Shown: positions 17,984-28,167 of the stretch, piece after piece
Layout: every line of letters starts with the position of its first letter
How positions within the stretch are numbered: position 1 is the stretch's first letter
Assembly: GCF_001652275.1 (NCBI RefSeq)
Contig: NZ_LVZK01000003.1
Span: forward strand, 383,672 to 447,671
Source: Peptidiphaga gingivicola
GTDB taxonomy: Bacteria > Actinomycetota > Actinomycetes > Actinomycetales > Actinomycetaceae
Direction: 5' to 3'
DNA: 64,000 nucleotides
Translations under genes and position numbers: made by a program
Notes under the pieces: model-generated
Told to the model about the DNA's origin: nothing
The model's database searches: none
The model's input: only the letters and a program-made list of their open reading frames with translations

Positions 17984-18236
17984 GAGCAACACTCCTGTGG
18001 TGCGTGAAACGACGATGCCATTGTCCCACGCCCTCCCCCACCCGCCGCCACCCACGTCCACGGTGCGAAACGCCTCAAGTTTGTTTTGCTCATAAGCGAA
18101 AACCATTGACAATCAAAGGTCTCGGCGACGCCGAAACCGCTGTGAATCGTGCACTTCGACGTCTAAACGCCTCAAAGCATCCTGCGGTGCCGACTGTCGC
18201 GGATAGCACAAACTCTTCTCTTACTAAAATGCGGTC

Positions 18237-18641
18237 CTATCGTCGTCGAGAGCCTCCGAAACGACGCCTTCGCGCGGCGATCGACCATGACTCTTTCGGG
18301 GCCGACGAAACGCCCGGCGCGGAGAAGCTCTGCGCCCCTTTGCCGTTGCGCCCGCCGCCTTCGACTGCCTTCCAAGGGCTTTGCATGACGAGCATTCCTT
18401 CGACGTCGAGCGGCGTGCGGTCGTGCCCAAGCGAGAGAATCGCACATCGCTGTTCCGACCTGACCGGATAGATCATCAACGCTCTGCCTTGGCCGAGATT
18501 CTCTGCGATGAGCTCCCACACCTGATCCCTGACGCGCCCCGAAAGATGCCCCACGAATACGCCTGTCGAGACTTCGAGCAGCCACCGGGTCAACGCGCCG
18601 CGAAGCCCGGCGGGCGCCGCAGAAAGGATGATTACGACCAT
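18237..18641 (-). CDS. cas2: CRISPR-associated endoribonuclease Cas2 (type I-E), with a C-terminal extension
   Basis: MVVIILSAAPAGLRGALTRWLLEVSTGVFVGHLSGRVRDQVWE matches E. coli Cas2 ([24 protein letters not shown]..GVYVG). Internal start of ORF 18237..19118. Confidence 0.85.
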   Translation of the reverse strand: MVVIILSAAPAGLRGALTRWLLEVSTGVFVGHLSGRVRDQVWELIAENLGQGRALMIYPVRSEQRCAILSLGHDRTPLDVEGMLVMQSPWKAVEGGGRNGKGAQSFSAPGVSSAPKESWSIAARRRRFGGSRRR

Positions 18642-18655
18642 GCGGCTGCCCAACC

Positions 18656-19603
18656 TTACTCTTCGTCGTCCAAAGACTCCAAGGCAAGCGCGTGGTTCAT
18701 GCCGCCCGCGATGACCTTGCGCTGGTAGTCCCACAGAGAGACGACGTTCACCTGGAGGTCTTCCTCCTCGTCGACCTCGAAAAGCTTGTGGATGTCGCGC
18801 ACCGACCGCTCGATGACCTTCAGTTCGAATATTCGGTCGCGGACCCGGCGTCGGGTTGTCGCGGCAATGTCGCTCATGTCTTCGGCGACGACGTCGAAGG
18901 CGATCGGTATCGTCACGTCCGCCTTGTAGAGATCGGCGACGTCGTAGACGAAGGAACGCTCGTGACCTGTGTGAACGAATCCCAGCCCCGGCGAGCATCC
19001 CAGTGAAACGACGACGGCGTGGATCACCCCGTATAGTGCGGCGTGCGCGGCAGACAGCGCCTGATTGATCGGATCTGAGGCGTCGAAATCGTCGTACTCG
19101 TACTCGCGGCGCTTCCACGGCACCCCTGTACGCTTCGAGTTCTCACGGTAGACGGAACGAATGCGGGCGCCTTCCCGTCCCCGCAGCTGTTGCATTGTCA
19201 ATCCGTCAACGTCTTCGCCTGCAAAACGCATCGTGTACATTTTCCTCGCAACCGCCAGCCGCTTTTGCGGAGAGGAGACACGAGCCGCTTGCTCCACGAG
19301 CAGCCTGCTCGACGTCGCCAGGGACCTGCCGTGAGCGTAGTAGCGAACCCCGCGCTCGCCGACCCACACTGCGGTGGTGCCGCACTCGCCCAAAAGGCAC
19401 ATCGCCTGGTGGCTCACCGAGGTCCCCGGGCCCAGCAGCACCGCCAAAAGCGACGCAGCCGGAACGCGAACCAAGCCCTTGTCGTCGCGCGCCGTCACAG
19501 CGCCGTCCTCACGATGGACGACGCAATGCTCCAAGTAGAGAAAGGACATCCGGTCGGCTGCGCGAGGAAGCGCCGTGACGGGAACGGGAAGCAGGCGCGC
19601 CAT
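18656..19603 (-). CDS. cas1: CRISPR-associated endonuclease Cas1 (type I-E)
   Basis: 315 aa, conserved Cas1 I-E core, immediately upstream of cas2. Confidence 0.85.
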   Translation of the reverse strand: MARLLPVPVTALPRAADRMSFLYLEHCVVHREDGAVTARDDKGLVRVPAASLLAVLLGPGTSVSHQAMCLLGECGTTAVWVGERGVRYYAHGRSLATSSRLLVEQAARVSSPQKRLAVARKMYTMRFAGEDVDGLTMQQLRGREGARIRSVYRENSKRTGVPWKRREYEYDDFDASDPINQALSAAHAALYGVIHAVVVSLGCSPGLGFVHTGHERSFVYDVADLYKADVTIPIAFDVVAEDMSDIAATTRRRVRDRIFELKVIERSVRDIHKLFEVDEEEDLQVNVVSLWDYQRKVIAGGMNHALALESLDDEE

Positions 19604-19607
19604 CGCT

Positions 19608-20540
19608 TTACTCCCTCGGGAGCGCCAAGGTCATGAGACCGCAGCCGTATGCCTTCGACGGGCCGAGCCCGTTGATGAGCATCTGGCGAAAGGCCCTGAC
19701 GTCCTCGATTCGGAGAATGCCTTCGTAGACGACGCGTCCAATCGTAACCCTGCCTGACTTCTGGGTCTCGCGATCCTTCCTGTCGAACACAGGTTTTTCG
19801 CGCCGGATAACCAAGAGCGAGGCGCGATCATTCGGATCATCGTCTTGCTCGGCTGACCCTTCGAGCGCCTCGGCAGCAACGACGTTTTGCTCGCGTGCAG
19901 CGGCGCCTCCCAGTTTGCCGTTCTCCCCCAATTCGACGCGCTCGGCCCGGCCATCCCCGCTGTGCCTCGTGAGCCCCGGCCCGGCGGACGCCATCGGGAT
20001 CGAGAACCCCTGCTTCTCAGCGCGCCTGAGCAGCCAGTCTCTCTGCTGCCTCGCAGTCACGTGTCCGTACCGTTTGCCCCGCTTGTCCGGCCCCCTGTTC
20101 TCGTTGTGAACGGGATTCGCCGCGAGCCTGAATGCCCACGTTTGACCTTCGGCGAGCCGGGAAAGGAAACCTTCATAATCGAGCGTGCGAGCCAGCTGCG
20201 ACGAAGTCGCGTCCGCCTCAATTTGCGACATGTCCGGACGCATGGGCGAGAGCACGTACAGGGCGACGCCGAAGCCCCCCTGGTCGACCCGCCACAGCAC
20301 ACGTCCAGCCGCAGAAGTTTCTGCGCGGGCCGACGACGCTTCAACACCAATCGACGTCGGGGTTTCGGCATGTGCAGGCAAATCCTCCGACGTGCTTCCG
20401 GCCGGATCTCCCCGGTCGCCGTCGATACTCCGGCCGAGATCGCACGCCTTCATGACGACCGCGTGCATCACCTGCGGCGAGCCGAGCAGCCTTCTCGCGA
20501 ACCGACGCCGCGGATCGAGTTCTATCTTCGTCAGATACAT
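19608..20540 (-). CDS. cas6e: Cas6e/CasE crRNA endoribonuclease with two low-complexity insertions
   Basis: Starts MYLTKIELD (E. coli CasE starts MYLSKVII) and ends GLGPSKAYGCGLMTLA (E. coli GIGPAKSMGCGLLSLA). It is 310 aa, compared with about 200 aa typical. Confidence 0.8.
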   Translation of the reverse strand: MYLTKIELDPRRRFARRLLGSPQVMHAVVMKACDLGRSIDGDRGDPAGSTSEDLPAHAETPTSIGVEASSARAETSAAGRVLWRVDQGGFGVALYVLSPMRPDMSQIEADATSSQLARTLDYEGFLSRLAEGQTWAFRLAANPVHNENRGPDKRGKRYGHVTARQQRDWLLRRAEKQGFSIPMASAGPGLTRHSGDGRAERVELGENGKLGGAAAREQNVVAAEALEGSAEQDDDPNDRASLLVIRREKPVFDRKDRETQKSGRVTIGRVVYEGILRIEDVRAFRQMLINGLGPSKAYGCGLMTLALPRE

Positions 20541-20556
20541 CTTCCACCTCGCATGG

Positions 20557-21402
20557 CTAATTCTCCTCAGACAGCTCCGCCATCGGATTATGATGGTCGG
20601 GCCCGGTTTCCCCAGACGCATCGCCAAGGCCCATGTCCAAGCCGACTTCGGAATCACGCCCTGGTACAACGTCTAGTTCCGCCATCGGGTCATGATGGTC
20701 TTCGCCCTGCCCAGAGCGCGTCGCCGAGCCTTCCTGCAAGGCTTCGTCTTTCACTCTCAACATGTGCCGCTCGATATCCCGGAAGGAATACTCACGTCGT
20801 CGCGGATCAAAGGAAAGTGGAACATCGCGACTGCCCCGAAGGTCGTTTGTGTGCTCTCCTTCGGGCACAGCGTCTTTGTCAAGGAGAATCTCGACCTCCC
20901 CGATGTCGGGATTGCGTTTTCGGTACCAATACGAAGCCAGCCAGGGCTCATCTTTAAGAGCCTCGAGAAGATCCGCATCGCGCAGACCAAGCGAAACGGG
21001 AAGAGCCGGCGGGCACGAACGCCGTCCAAGATAGAGAGGGAAAGAAGGGTGCCGCACAAAGTGGTCGAGCCGCTCGATCACTGCGCTCTCCCCCTCTATT
21101 CCTGCCAAAAAAACCGCATCGGAAAGGTAGTAGCGGTTGGACAGCGGCATCGATTTGGAACCGTCGAGCGTGTGCGCCGTATGAAAGTCGCGCACCACGG
21201 TTCCCGGTTGGTCCTTTCGCACGCCAAAACGCAGCGTCAACAGGTCCTCGATTGGGTCAGTGCGCCGCCTGCCGGCAGCGGCGGCCAGCATGCCGAGAAT
21301 TCCGCTTTTTGAGGGGGCGAGTTCTGTAGCGCGCACCGTGAATCGGGATTTGACGCCCCAGGCCTGCAACGGGCCCGCGAGCCGCAAGAGCAGTACCGCC
21401 AT
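20557..21402 (-). CDS. cas5: Cas5e/CasD
   Basis: MAVLLLRLAGPLQAWG N-terminal signature. C-terminal tandem HH(D/N)PMAEL repeat. Confidence 0.8.
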   Translation of the reverse strand: MAVLLLRLAGPLQAWGVKSRFTVRATELAPSKSGILGMLAAAAGRRRTDPIEDLLTLRFGVRKDQPGTVVRDFHTAHTLDGSKSMPLSNRYYLSDAVFLAGIEGESAVIERLDHFVRHPSFPLYLGRRSCPPALPVSLGLRDADLLEALKDEPWLASYWYRKRNPDIGEVEILLDKDAVPEGEHTNDLRGSRDVPLSFDPRRREYSFRDIERHMLRVKDEALQEGSATRSGQGEDHHDPMAELDVVPGRDSEVGLDMGLGDASGETGPDHHNPMAELSEEN

Positions 21403-21405
21403 CGC

Positions 21406-22545
21406 TCACTCCGAGGCTGGAAGGCGTGACTCGACGACGTCGCGCACTTTGCCTGTGAGGTCGTTGAAAGCGACTTGCTCCCCGAGAGACTCCGCCCCTT
21501 CATAGTCCCCGAGGCTCACCACAAAGGCGCGCCGCGGCTTAACGCCAAAGGCTTCCTCCAATTGCTTCTCATGTTCAACGAGTTTGCGTACAGACTTTGC
21601 CACGAATCCCTCGGTGTCGCTTTTGAGGACCGGTCTTTCAAAGGCGCCAACGAGTGAAACAGGCTGGTCGTCGCGCACCTGAACAGCCACCATGCTGGGC
21701 AGCGTCCGATTGGCGAAGGTGTTCTGCTTGCCCGTCGGCATCGTCTTGACAAAGGCTTCGATGAAGGAGGTCAGCGCTCGAAGCGTCGCCTCAGCATCAC
21801 CCAGATTCTCATGCAGCAAGTCGAGATTGACCGTGGCGTACCGGTACATCGTTGCGGATGAGAACTCGATGGCTCCCATCATTCCTGCGCCAGCGTCCTC
21901 TCTTTCTTCGGCGCGAGATTTGTCGTCGTCAACGGCGGTGAAGAAATCGAACTCGTTCTCGGCCGCATGCGTCGAGATCGCGTGGGCCACTTGACAGGCG
22001 GCATCGACATTGAGGTCGGCGTCATCAGCGACCATGCGGCCGAAGAGGGCAACGTCAATCGAGTTCTCGGACTTGAAGACCTTCTTAACTTCCTTCTTGT
22101 CCAACTCTTCGCCAGAACGGGCACTCTCCACGGCCAGTTCCGCAAGCTGTGCTATTTGTCTGTTGGAGAGGAACAGAAGATAGCTGGATTCCTTAGCCTT
22201 CTTTGATGCTTCCTCGCTCTTCTTCGCCCTCGGCTCGCTCAGATTGATTTTGGCGGCTTTGAAGACCTCTTCGGCCAACCCCTGAGCATCGTTTTCAAGG
22301 TCTTCCGCCTGACGGCCTATTTCTTTGGCGAGAATGCTGACAACGCGTTTGGTCCGCATGCCCAGATCCTCTTTGTCGAGGTGCGCGTCGAAATAGCTCC
22401 GTGTGACGTGTTTCCACGCCTGGCTCGAGACCCTCAGGCGCTTCACGCCGCCGTACATCGCGGACTTCGGCGAACCCGTGTCGTCACGATTGACGCAGCT
22501 GGGCGGGATGTTCTGGATAATGTGAACATCGATGTAAGTGCTCAT
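21406..22545 (-). CDS. cas7: Cas7e/CasC (Cse4), Cascade backbone subunit
   Basis: 379 aa. N-terminus MSTYIDVHIIQNIPPSCVNRDDTGSPK is typical of CasC. Confidence 0.85.
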   Translation of the reverse strand: MSTYIDVHIIQNIPPSCVNRDDTGSPKSAMYGGVKRLRVSSQAWKHVTRSYFDAHLDKEDLGMRTKRVVSILAKEIGRQAEDLENDAQGLAEEVFKAAKINLSEPRAKKSEEASKKAKESSYLLFLSNRQIAQLAELAVESARSGEELDKKEVKKVFKSENSIDVALFGRMVADDADLNVDAACQVAHAISTHAAENEFDFFTAVDDDKSRAEEREDAGAGMMGAIEFSSATMYRYATVNLDLLHENLGDAEATLRALTSFIEAFVKTMPTGKQNTFANRTLPSMVAVQVRDDQPVSLVGAFERPVLKSDTEGFVAKSVRKLVEHEKQLEEAFGVKPRRAFVVSLGDYEGAESLGEQVAFNDLTGKVRDVVESRLPASE

Positions 22546-22594
22546 TTTCTTCCCCTATTTTAGGTTGTTTTGTGGCGCTTTTAACGCCCGAGTT

Positions 22595-23269
22595 TTATTT
22601 GGCATCCGAGGACGGGCTGGAGCTAGCAGGAGCTTCGACGTCGACGGACTCGGCCTCGTTGCCATCTGGTTTCCGAAGATTGTAGAAGTCACGCGACCAT
22701 CTGCGTCTGACTTTCTTATCACCACCCGGACGTCGGAACATCACGAGGTCGTCGGCAAAGGCAGCGTAGTCAAAACCGATGTCTTTCGATCGAAGGAGCT
22801 GGACGAAAGAACGGAGGTGGCTGCGCAGCTCGTCAACAGTCGAAGCGGTGACCAAAGCGTTGAAGCGACTGCGAGCGGAAGGGTTCTCATTTTCCGTTCC
22901 GATCAACTCGCGGGCAGCTCTTCCAAATCCGAAGCCTGGCTTATGCATCGGGCCGGACCGCGATTGCTGGTGAATCGCGTACAGAGTCATGGCGATATGA
23001 ACGGCCGTCTCTTCCGGCGTCGGAGCGTCGGAAGCGCTGTCGGGAACATCATTCACATGCGTATAGTCCCAGATGTCGGCGATCTCGCCTGGATCCGCGT
23101 TTACTCCTCGGCGCAATTTCGCGAGAGCTGCGCGAGCCGACGCTTTGTCGGTCAAGACGCCTTTTTGCAAGTCTTCAATGCGGCGGCCGACGGCAACAGC
23201 AGTCTTGCTCAAGTATCGCCTCCTAGAGGGAGACACATTTTTCGCGGGTTGAGTTTCTATGGCATTCAT
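22595..23269 (-). CDS. cse2: Cse2/CasB, Cascade small subunit
   Basis: 224 aa, alpha-helical, positioned between cse1 and cas7. Confidence 0.75.
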   Translation of the reverse strand: MNAIETQPAKNVSPSRRRYLSKTAVAVGRRIEDLQKGVLTDKASARAALAKLRRGVNADPGEIADIWDYTHVNDVPDSASDAPTPEETAVHIAMTLYAIHQQSRSGPMHKPGFGFGRAARELIGTENENPSARSRFNALVTASTVDELRSHLRSFVQLLRSKDIGFDYAAFADDLVMFRRPGGDKKVRRRWSRDFYNLRKPDGNEAESVDVEAPASSSPSSDAK

Positions 23270-23271
23270 TG

Positions 23272-24921
23272 TCAGTCCTTTTTAGATTCAGGTTGCGAAT
23301 CAGGGCGGGCAGGTAGAGTCTCACGGATTGAAGCTTCAAACCAGGCAAGCGAGATTCCGACGTCGATATGGCGATTCCCGTCCGCCCGTCCGGCATACGC
23401 CGACGGCGCCACCGACTCGACGAGTCTGTCGCATTGCCCAGTGGCGGTTTTGCGAAGCCTCTCGCGCCACCGCCACTTTGCTTCGTCGGGGGCCTCCTCA
23501 CCGGCTAGCGACGCGAGCCATCGCGGGAATTCCTCGTCAATGACCAAATAGAAAGCAGTCGCAGCTTGTTCCCGTGCAGCCTGCACCCTGTCGGGGTCGG
23601 CGCCCTGCGCCTTTGCAAGATTTCCGCCGAGGTTCCGCAGCGACGAGGCAACTCTGTCCGTCTCTTTCATGGCGTCTCGGACAATCGCGAGATAACGGGA
23701 ATTGTCCTTTTCCAACAGCTTGGCGGGAACCTTGAGGACGTCGTCGACATGCTCCTCAACGACCGCTTCTTGGGCCCCGTACTCAATTCCGACGCAATGA
23801 ACGGGAATCAAGCCGTCGTTGGGAACTATTTCATCAAACAACAGCTGCTGGTAGAAGTCGATGACTCCGGCCGCCTTGTACTTCGTTTCCTTCTTGCCGT
23901 CCATTCGAACGACGGTTTCGCTGAGCTCGGAGACCAAGGTGGACAAGCCCCTCCACATCGCTCGATCTTTGGGGAACTTGTACGGCATGAAAACGTCGAA
24001 CTTAAACTTCTTTGTTTGAGGATCGGAGTACCGCCAGGCTGTCATGGGTTCGTAAAGATAACGGTTCTGTGGAGTCGCCTTGTCGCCATTTCCAAGGAAA
24101 AGTCCCGTCACACCAGAGTCGTCGCCGTGGAGCAGTACGCGTCTGGTTTGCCAGGTGTAGCAAGAAACAGGGCCCGTCGGGTCCAGGTCTCGGTTGCCTG
24201 CGGGGCCGCCGGGTTCGCATTCCCACGGTGGCAGATCCTTATCCGCGTCGACTTTTTCCTTGAGAGAATCGACGACGCCCACCACGACCGTATTGAGAAG
24301 TATCGTCTCGGCCAGGTTATTTCCTTCGATCATCACGACGCCGATTTGACCGCTCCATCCGGGGCCGATTGGGTAGCCCTTGCCTCCCTTGACCTCTGGA
24401 TCCCCTACGGCACCGGAGCGGATGCCTGAAGGGTCAAAGGCGTGAACATGAACGAGCCATCGAGCAGCTTCGGACCAATCAATCCGATCGAGGCCCGGGC
24501 CGATTCTGGTGGTAAAGAAGGGCGCTCCGTTGGGAACGTCGACGATTAGCGACTCGAGATCCGATATCTTGCCCGATTTTGCATGGATACCGGCCACTTG
24601 GAAGAAGGGCGCCACAGGATCGCGCACATCAAATCGCTCCCTAAATCGTTCAAGATACGCAACCGTATCAACAGCCAGAAGTTCGGGATCGTTCCAATAT
24701 GTTTCCCACGTTTCAACGTCCTTCGGGCCTCCCATTGCCCGATGCGCAATTGCCAGAAGCAAGCGCAGAATAGCAGCATCTTGCGACGCGATCTCGCCGT
24801 GAATCCCAGAAATGTCAGATGCCTCTTCGAATGCCGTAACGAGGGACACCTCATCAGGTTCTCCGCTCAAACGCGTGACTCGAATCCATGGTTCGTCGAG
24901 AAGATTGAAACTGTCGGCCAT
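23272..24921 (-). CDS. cse1: Cse1/CasA (Cas8e), Cascade large subunit
   Basis: 549 aa. N-terminus FNLLDEPWIRV is typical of Cse1. Start overlaps the cas3 stop (TAATG). Confidence 0.85.
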   Translation of the reverse strand: MADSFNLLDEPWIRVTRLSGEPDEVSLVTAFEEASDISGIHGEIASQDAAILRLLLAIAHRAMGGPKDVETWETYWNDPELLAVDTVAYLERFRERFDVRDPVAPFFQVAGIHAKSGKISDLESLIVDVPNGAPFFTTRIGPGLDRIDWSEAARWLVHVHAFDPSGIRSGAVGDPEVKGGKGYPIGPGWSGQIGVVMIEGNNLAETILLNTVVVGVVDSLKEKVDADKDLPPWECEPGGPAGNRDLDPTGPVSCYTWQTRRVLLHGDDSGVTGLFLGNGDKATPQNRYLYEPMTAWRYSDPQTKKFKFDVFMPYKFPKDRAMWRGLSTLVSELSETVVRMDGKKETKYKAAGVIDFYQQLLFDEIVPNDGLIPVHCVGIEYGAQEAVVEEHVDDVLKVPAKLLEKDNSRYLAIVRDAMKETDRVASSLRNLGGNLAKAQGADPDRVQAAREQAATAFYLVIDEEFPRWLASLAGEEAPDEAKWRWRERLRKTATGQCDRLVESVAPSAYAGRADGNRHIDVGISLAWFEASIRETLPARPDSQPESKKD

Positions 24922-27900
24922 TAATCCTGGACCTCCATTAGCCCGGTTGTTGACGTGTATTCAATGGTAGCGCCATCCAGTTCGGCGCGTCCGTTGTTTA
25001 ACAAAAGAAATAGCTGCCCGCGCAGATCGAGGTTCGTTTGCCACGAATCGACATAGAACCCTTCAAGCTCGCCGATCACGCGATCGATCGCCGACTGATT
25101 CGAGAATCTGGGTGGGAGCCTGACGGCCGACATCGCCATGGCTCGTGCCAAAGCGCGATCAGGTTCGCGACCCGTAGGAATCTCAATACTGGGAAAGCCT
25201 TGGGCGCTCGGGAGGGTTCGCAAGCTCTTTTGGCTTCCTTCTTTGCACACTTCGAGAAGGATCACCTCGAGGGAGTCTTCGCCGTCGCGCACATGCGCTC
25301 TTGCCTTTTCTTCGCTGTCATCGGCGAGCGTGCGCAGCCAATCGATGAGAGAAACGCGGTTGTCATTCTTCGGCTCGGACAGCTGATAGCCCTTGGCGGC
25401 ATCCCCTTTCTTTCGTTCGGCTTCCTCCGCTTTATCACAGGCCTCTGCCACCGCTTGATTCCATTGCGCTGGAACATCGGGGTTCATCCCGTACACTGCC
25501 TCAATTAGTTCGCGCACGTCGTCCGGCACACGGACCACTCCGCCTTCTGCTGCGATCTTATTCAGTGCCGCAGCCGTTAAGAGCAAGTCTCTCTCACCGT
25601 AGATGTGCTTCGCACCCCTGTCGATCTCAGGCTCATCGTCCGAGGCCAACGGAAGACAGTCGACGTAACAGACCGGTCGCTTCAATTTCCCAGAACGACG
25701 CCGTTCGTGCCTGTGCAGACGCCCCATACGTTGGAGAACAAGATCGATTGGCGCAAGATCGGTCACCAACACGTCGAAATCGACGTCCAGCGACTGCTCT
25801 ACGACTTGGGTGGCAACGACGATCGCGCGTTTAGGGCGCTTGGGGCTCTTACGAGGAGGACCGAACCGCCGAAGCAGGTCGGCGTCTTTACTCAGCCTGT
25901 CGGAAATGGTGAATCGCGAATGATTGAGGCTGACGTCGTCGCCAAAGACCTTGCGCAGTTCGTCATACGTTTCTTGCGCGCGACGCACGGTGTTGCGGAC
26001 GACGAGGGCGCACCCGCCGTCGGACAAATTGTCTTTGAGCAGGGCGACGACGTCGGTCCCCTCGTCCATCCGTCTGATCTCAACCGAGCTGCGGCGGCCC
26101 GCAGCCTCAACGGCGACGACCTTCGTACCGCCTTCCCCGGACGTCACGAGACACGGAAAAGGCATATGCGCTTCTCGTGCCTCTTCCCGGGTTTGGGTTT
26201 CCCCGGGCACTTTATCTCGTCTCTTTTCGCACACGCTTTTCCGGGTCTCGTCGGGTACTTCATCCTGCTTCTCTTTGCACGAATCACTGTCCGAGACTAA
26301 CTGCAGCCCTCGATCATAGGCATCGGCGAGCGCCGAACATCGCGCCTCGGAAAGAGTGGCGGAGAGAAGAATGACGGGAACTCCATATGCGGCCAGCCAA
26401 GTCAGGGATCTATCGAGGTAAGAGTTCATGTAGGTCGAGTAAGAGTGAACTTCGTCGACGATAACGACCTTCCGGCTAAGCCCCAAATGCCGAAGCATGA
26501 GGTGTGGCGCAGAAAGCGAGGCGAAGAGGAGATGGTCAATCGTGGTCACAACGAAATCCGCAAGCATAGACTTCTTCCGGCCCGAAAACCAGGCCATGAT
26601 CGCGAGATCGGCGTCTGTGCCCTCGTCACGAAGGCAAGTTCCCTTTCTTTCCCCGTCCTGGTTTCTTCGCGCCCCTTTCCCGCCCGGGCTTGTACGCGTG
26701 CCCAAGCCGTCTTCTTCGTCCAAGCCGATCTGTCGAGGCACCGGAAGCGACGAGGACAGGGGATCCGTAGCCGGATCGCCATCGCCGCCCAGGCTCCCGA
26801 GAAGACGATCGCGGATCGCATATCCTGTTTTTCGCAATGCTCGGGCTTCCTCGTTGAGCTTAGCGCGTCCATGCTGGAGCTGAACGGCGAACGCAGAGGG
26901 CGCTCCAGCATCGCGATAGCTCTCCTCAATATGACCCAGCCAGTCCAATTCTCTCGAGAACATAGCGTCCGTCGTCGTTTGTGTTGGAAGCGCAAACAAA
27001 ACCCCCGAGCGTCCAGTTCGAGCAGCCAAGACCTCGGCCGCCAAGAGGGCCGCCTCCGTCTTCCCCGAACCAGTGGCCTCCTGAACAATCATGAGTCCAG
27101 GAAGTTCCATCGAACGTGCAGCCTCCACGGCCGCGCGCTGGGCCGCCGTGGCTTTGGCACCGTCGGGCAAATCGAATCGCGTCTGAACGAGGCTGTCAGC
27201 GTCTTCACCGTCGTCCCGCGGACGCCAAGGCGAGGGAAGCTCTATTTTCGCAAGTCCGCTTTCGACTCGTTCTTGATGCTGTTTAGCATCAAGAAACTCG
27301 CTGCCGTCGTCCTCTAGGCGGCAAAGCGGAAAATAAGCTTCCGTTGAAGCAAGCCAATCCGACACGATTACAAGTCCGCAGATTTCGACAAGAAAAGGCT
27401 CGGACCAACTTCTATGCGACCATTCGTCAAGCAAATCGGCGACGCCGGCACGGTTGATCGCCATCTCGAGAAGTTCGGAGCGGACCGCACTCCATTCGCT
27501 GTCTCCGAGAAGATGGTCGCGCCCGTGCATGTTGAGGACCATTTTTGTTGTAGCGGGAATGCCGTGGTGCGCACCGACGACGGAAGCAAGCGCACGGGCC
27601 GATTGAATGCCCCAACGCATCGTCTTCCTAAGCCATTTTTCCACGATCATCTGGCCTGCCAGACCGTGGGGCGCTTGGCGGCGTTCGCTCGCATCGATCA
27701 GCTCGTGGCAAAGCCCAGCTTCTCGCATGCAATCGTCCAAAGCACCGACTTTAGTGCTGAAAGCCGGAGTGGCTTTGCCGATATCGTGAATGCCGGCCAA
27801 CCACGACGCCAACGCTTTGAATTCGTCTGCCGGGAGGAGCCCAGAAGCAGATCCCGCGAACTCCCTTTCGATCAGATCGGGAATGGAAGGAGCAAGCCAG

Positions 27901-28061
27901 TTCGCTGCCAGGTGACGTGCAACCTCAGCTGCGTCGGCAAGGTGCAACCACAGAGGCAACCACCAAGCCAAGCCAGGTGAATCGTTGTCGTATTTCGACT
28001 TGGCCCAGACAGAGCGTGACTTAGAACTCAACATCAGCGTTGTTTCCACGAGGTCAATCAT
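24921..28061 (-). CDS. cas3: Cas3 HD-nuclease/helicase (type I-E), 1046 aa with a central insertion
   Basis: N-terminal HD domain (WAKS...LPLWLHLADAAEVARHL), SF2 helicase motifs (ATGSGKTEAALLAA), C-terminal domain. Confidence 0.9.
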   Translation of the reverse strand: MIDLVETTLMLSSKSRSVWAKSKYDNDSPGLAWWLPLWLHLADAAEVARHLAANWLAPSIPDLIEREFAGSASGLLPADEFKALASWLAGIHDIGKATPAFSTKVGALDDCMREAGLCHELIDASERRQAPHGLAGQMIVEKWLRKTMRWGIQSARALASVVGAHHGIPATTKMVLNMHGRDHLLGDSEWSAVRSELLEMAINRAGVADLLDEWSHRSWSEPFLVEICGLVIVSDWLASTEAYFPLCRLEDDGSEFLDAKQHQERVESGLAKIELPSPWRPRDDGEDADSLVQTRFDLPDGAKATAAQRAAVEAARSMELPGLMIVQEATGSGKTEAALLAAEVLAARTGRSGVLFALPTQTTTDAMFSRELDWLGHIEESYRDAGAPSAFAVQLQHGRAKLNEEARALRKTGYAIRDRLLGSLGGDGDPATDPLSSSLPVPRQIGLDEEDGLGTRTSPGGKGARRNQDGERKGTCLRDEGTDADLAIMAWFSGRKKSMLADFVVTTIDHLLFASLSAPHLMLRHLGLSRKVVIVDEVHSYSTYMNSYLDRSLTWLAAYGVPVILLSATLSEARCSALADAYDRGLQLVSDSDSCKEKQDEVPDETRKSVCEKRRDKVPGETQTREEAREAHMPFPCLVTSGEGGTKVVAVEAAGRRSSVEIRRMDEGTDVVALLKDNLSDGGCALVVRNTVRRAQETYDELRKVFGDDVSLNHSRFTISDRLSKDADLLRRFGPPRKSPKRPKRAIVVATQVVEQSLDVDFDVLVTDLAPIDLVLQRMGRLHRHERRRSGKLKRPVCYVDCLPLASDDEPEIDRGAKHIYGERDLLLTAAALNKIAAEGGVVRVPDDVRELIEAVYGMNPDVPAQWNQAVAEACDKAEEAERKKGDAAKGYQLSEPKNDNRVSLIDWLRTLADDSEEKARAHVRDGEDSLEVILLEVCKEGSQKSLRTLPSAQGFPSIEIPTGREPDRALARAMAMSAVRLPPRFSNQSAIDRVIGELEGFYVDSWQTNLDLRGQLFLLLNNGRAELDGATIEYTSTTGLMEVQD

Positions 28062-28167
28062 AGTCCTAAAACCCGGCGAAGGAATCGTTTTAAAGGATTA
28101 GGTTGGGAGTGAAGGAAAACTGGTAGGCTGGAAGACGACTTTGCCGGATTCCCGGGGGAATCTAACT
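28062..28167 (+). promoter_or_regulatory. CRISPR leader and divergent cas3 promoter region (106 bp, AT-richer than the genome average)
   Basis: Lies between the cas3 ATG (28061, minus) and the first repeat (28168). Repeat orientation matches the E. coli I-E consensus in the plus direction, so the leader is on this side. About 48% GC. Confidence 0.6.

Noticed and set aside
16348-18093. Multiple long ORFs in all frames within 15.6-18.1 kb
   Set aside because: Consequence of the low-complexity Pro/Gly/Ser-rich region. Only the frame with the TM helix and folded C-terminal domain is retained.
19887-20957. 356-aa plus-strand ORF
   Set aside because: Antisense to cas6e and cas5e.
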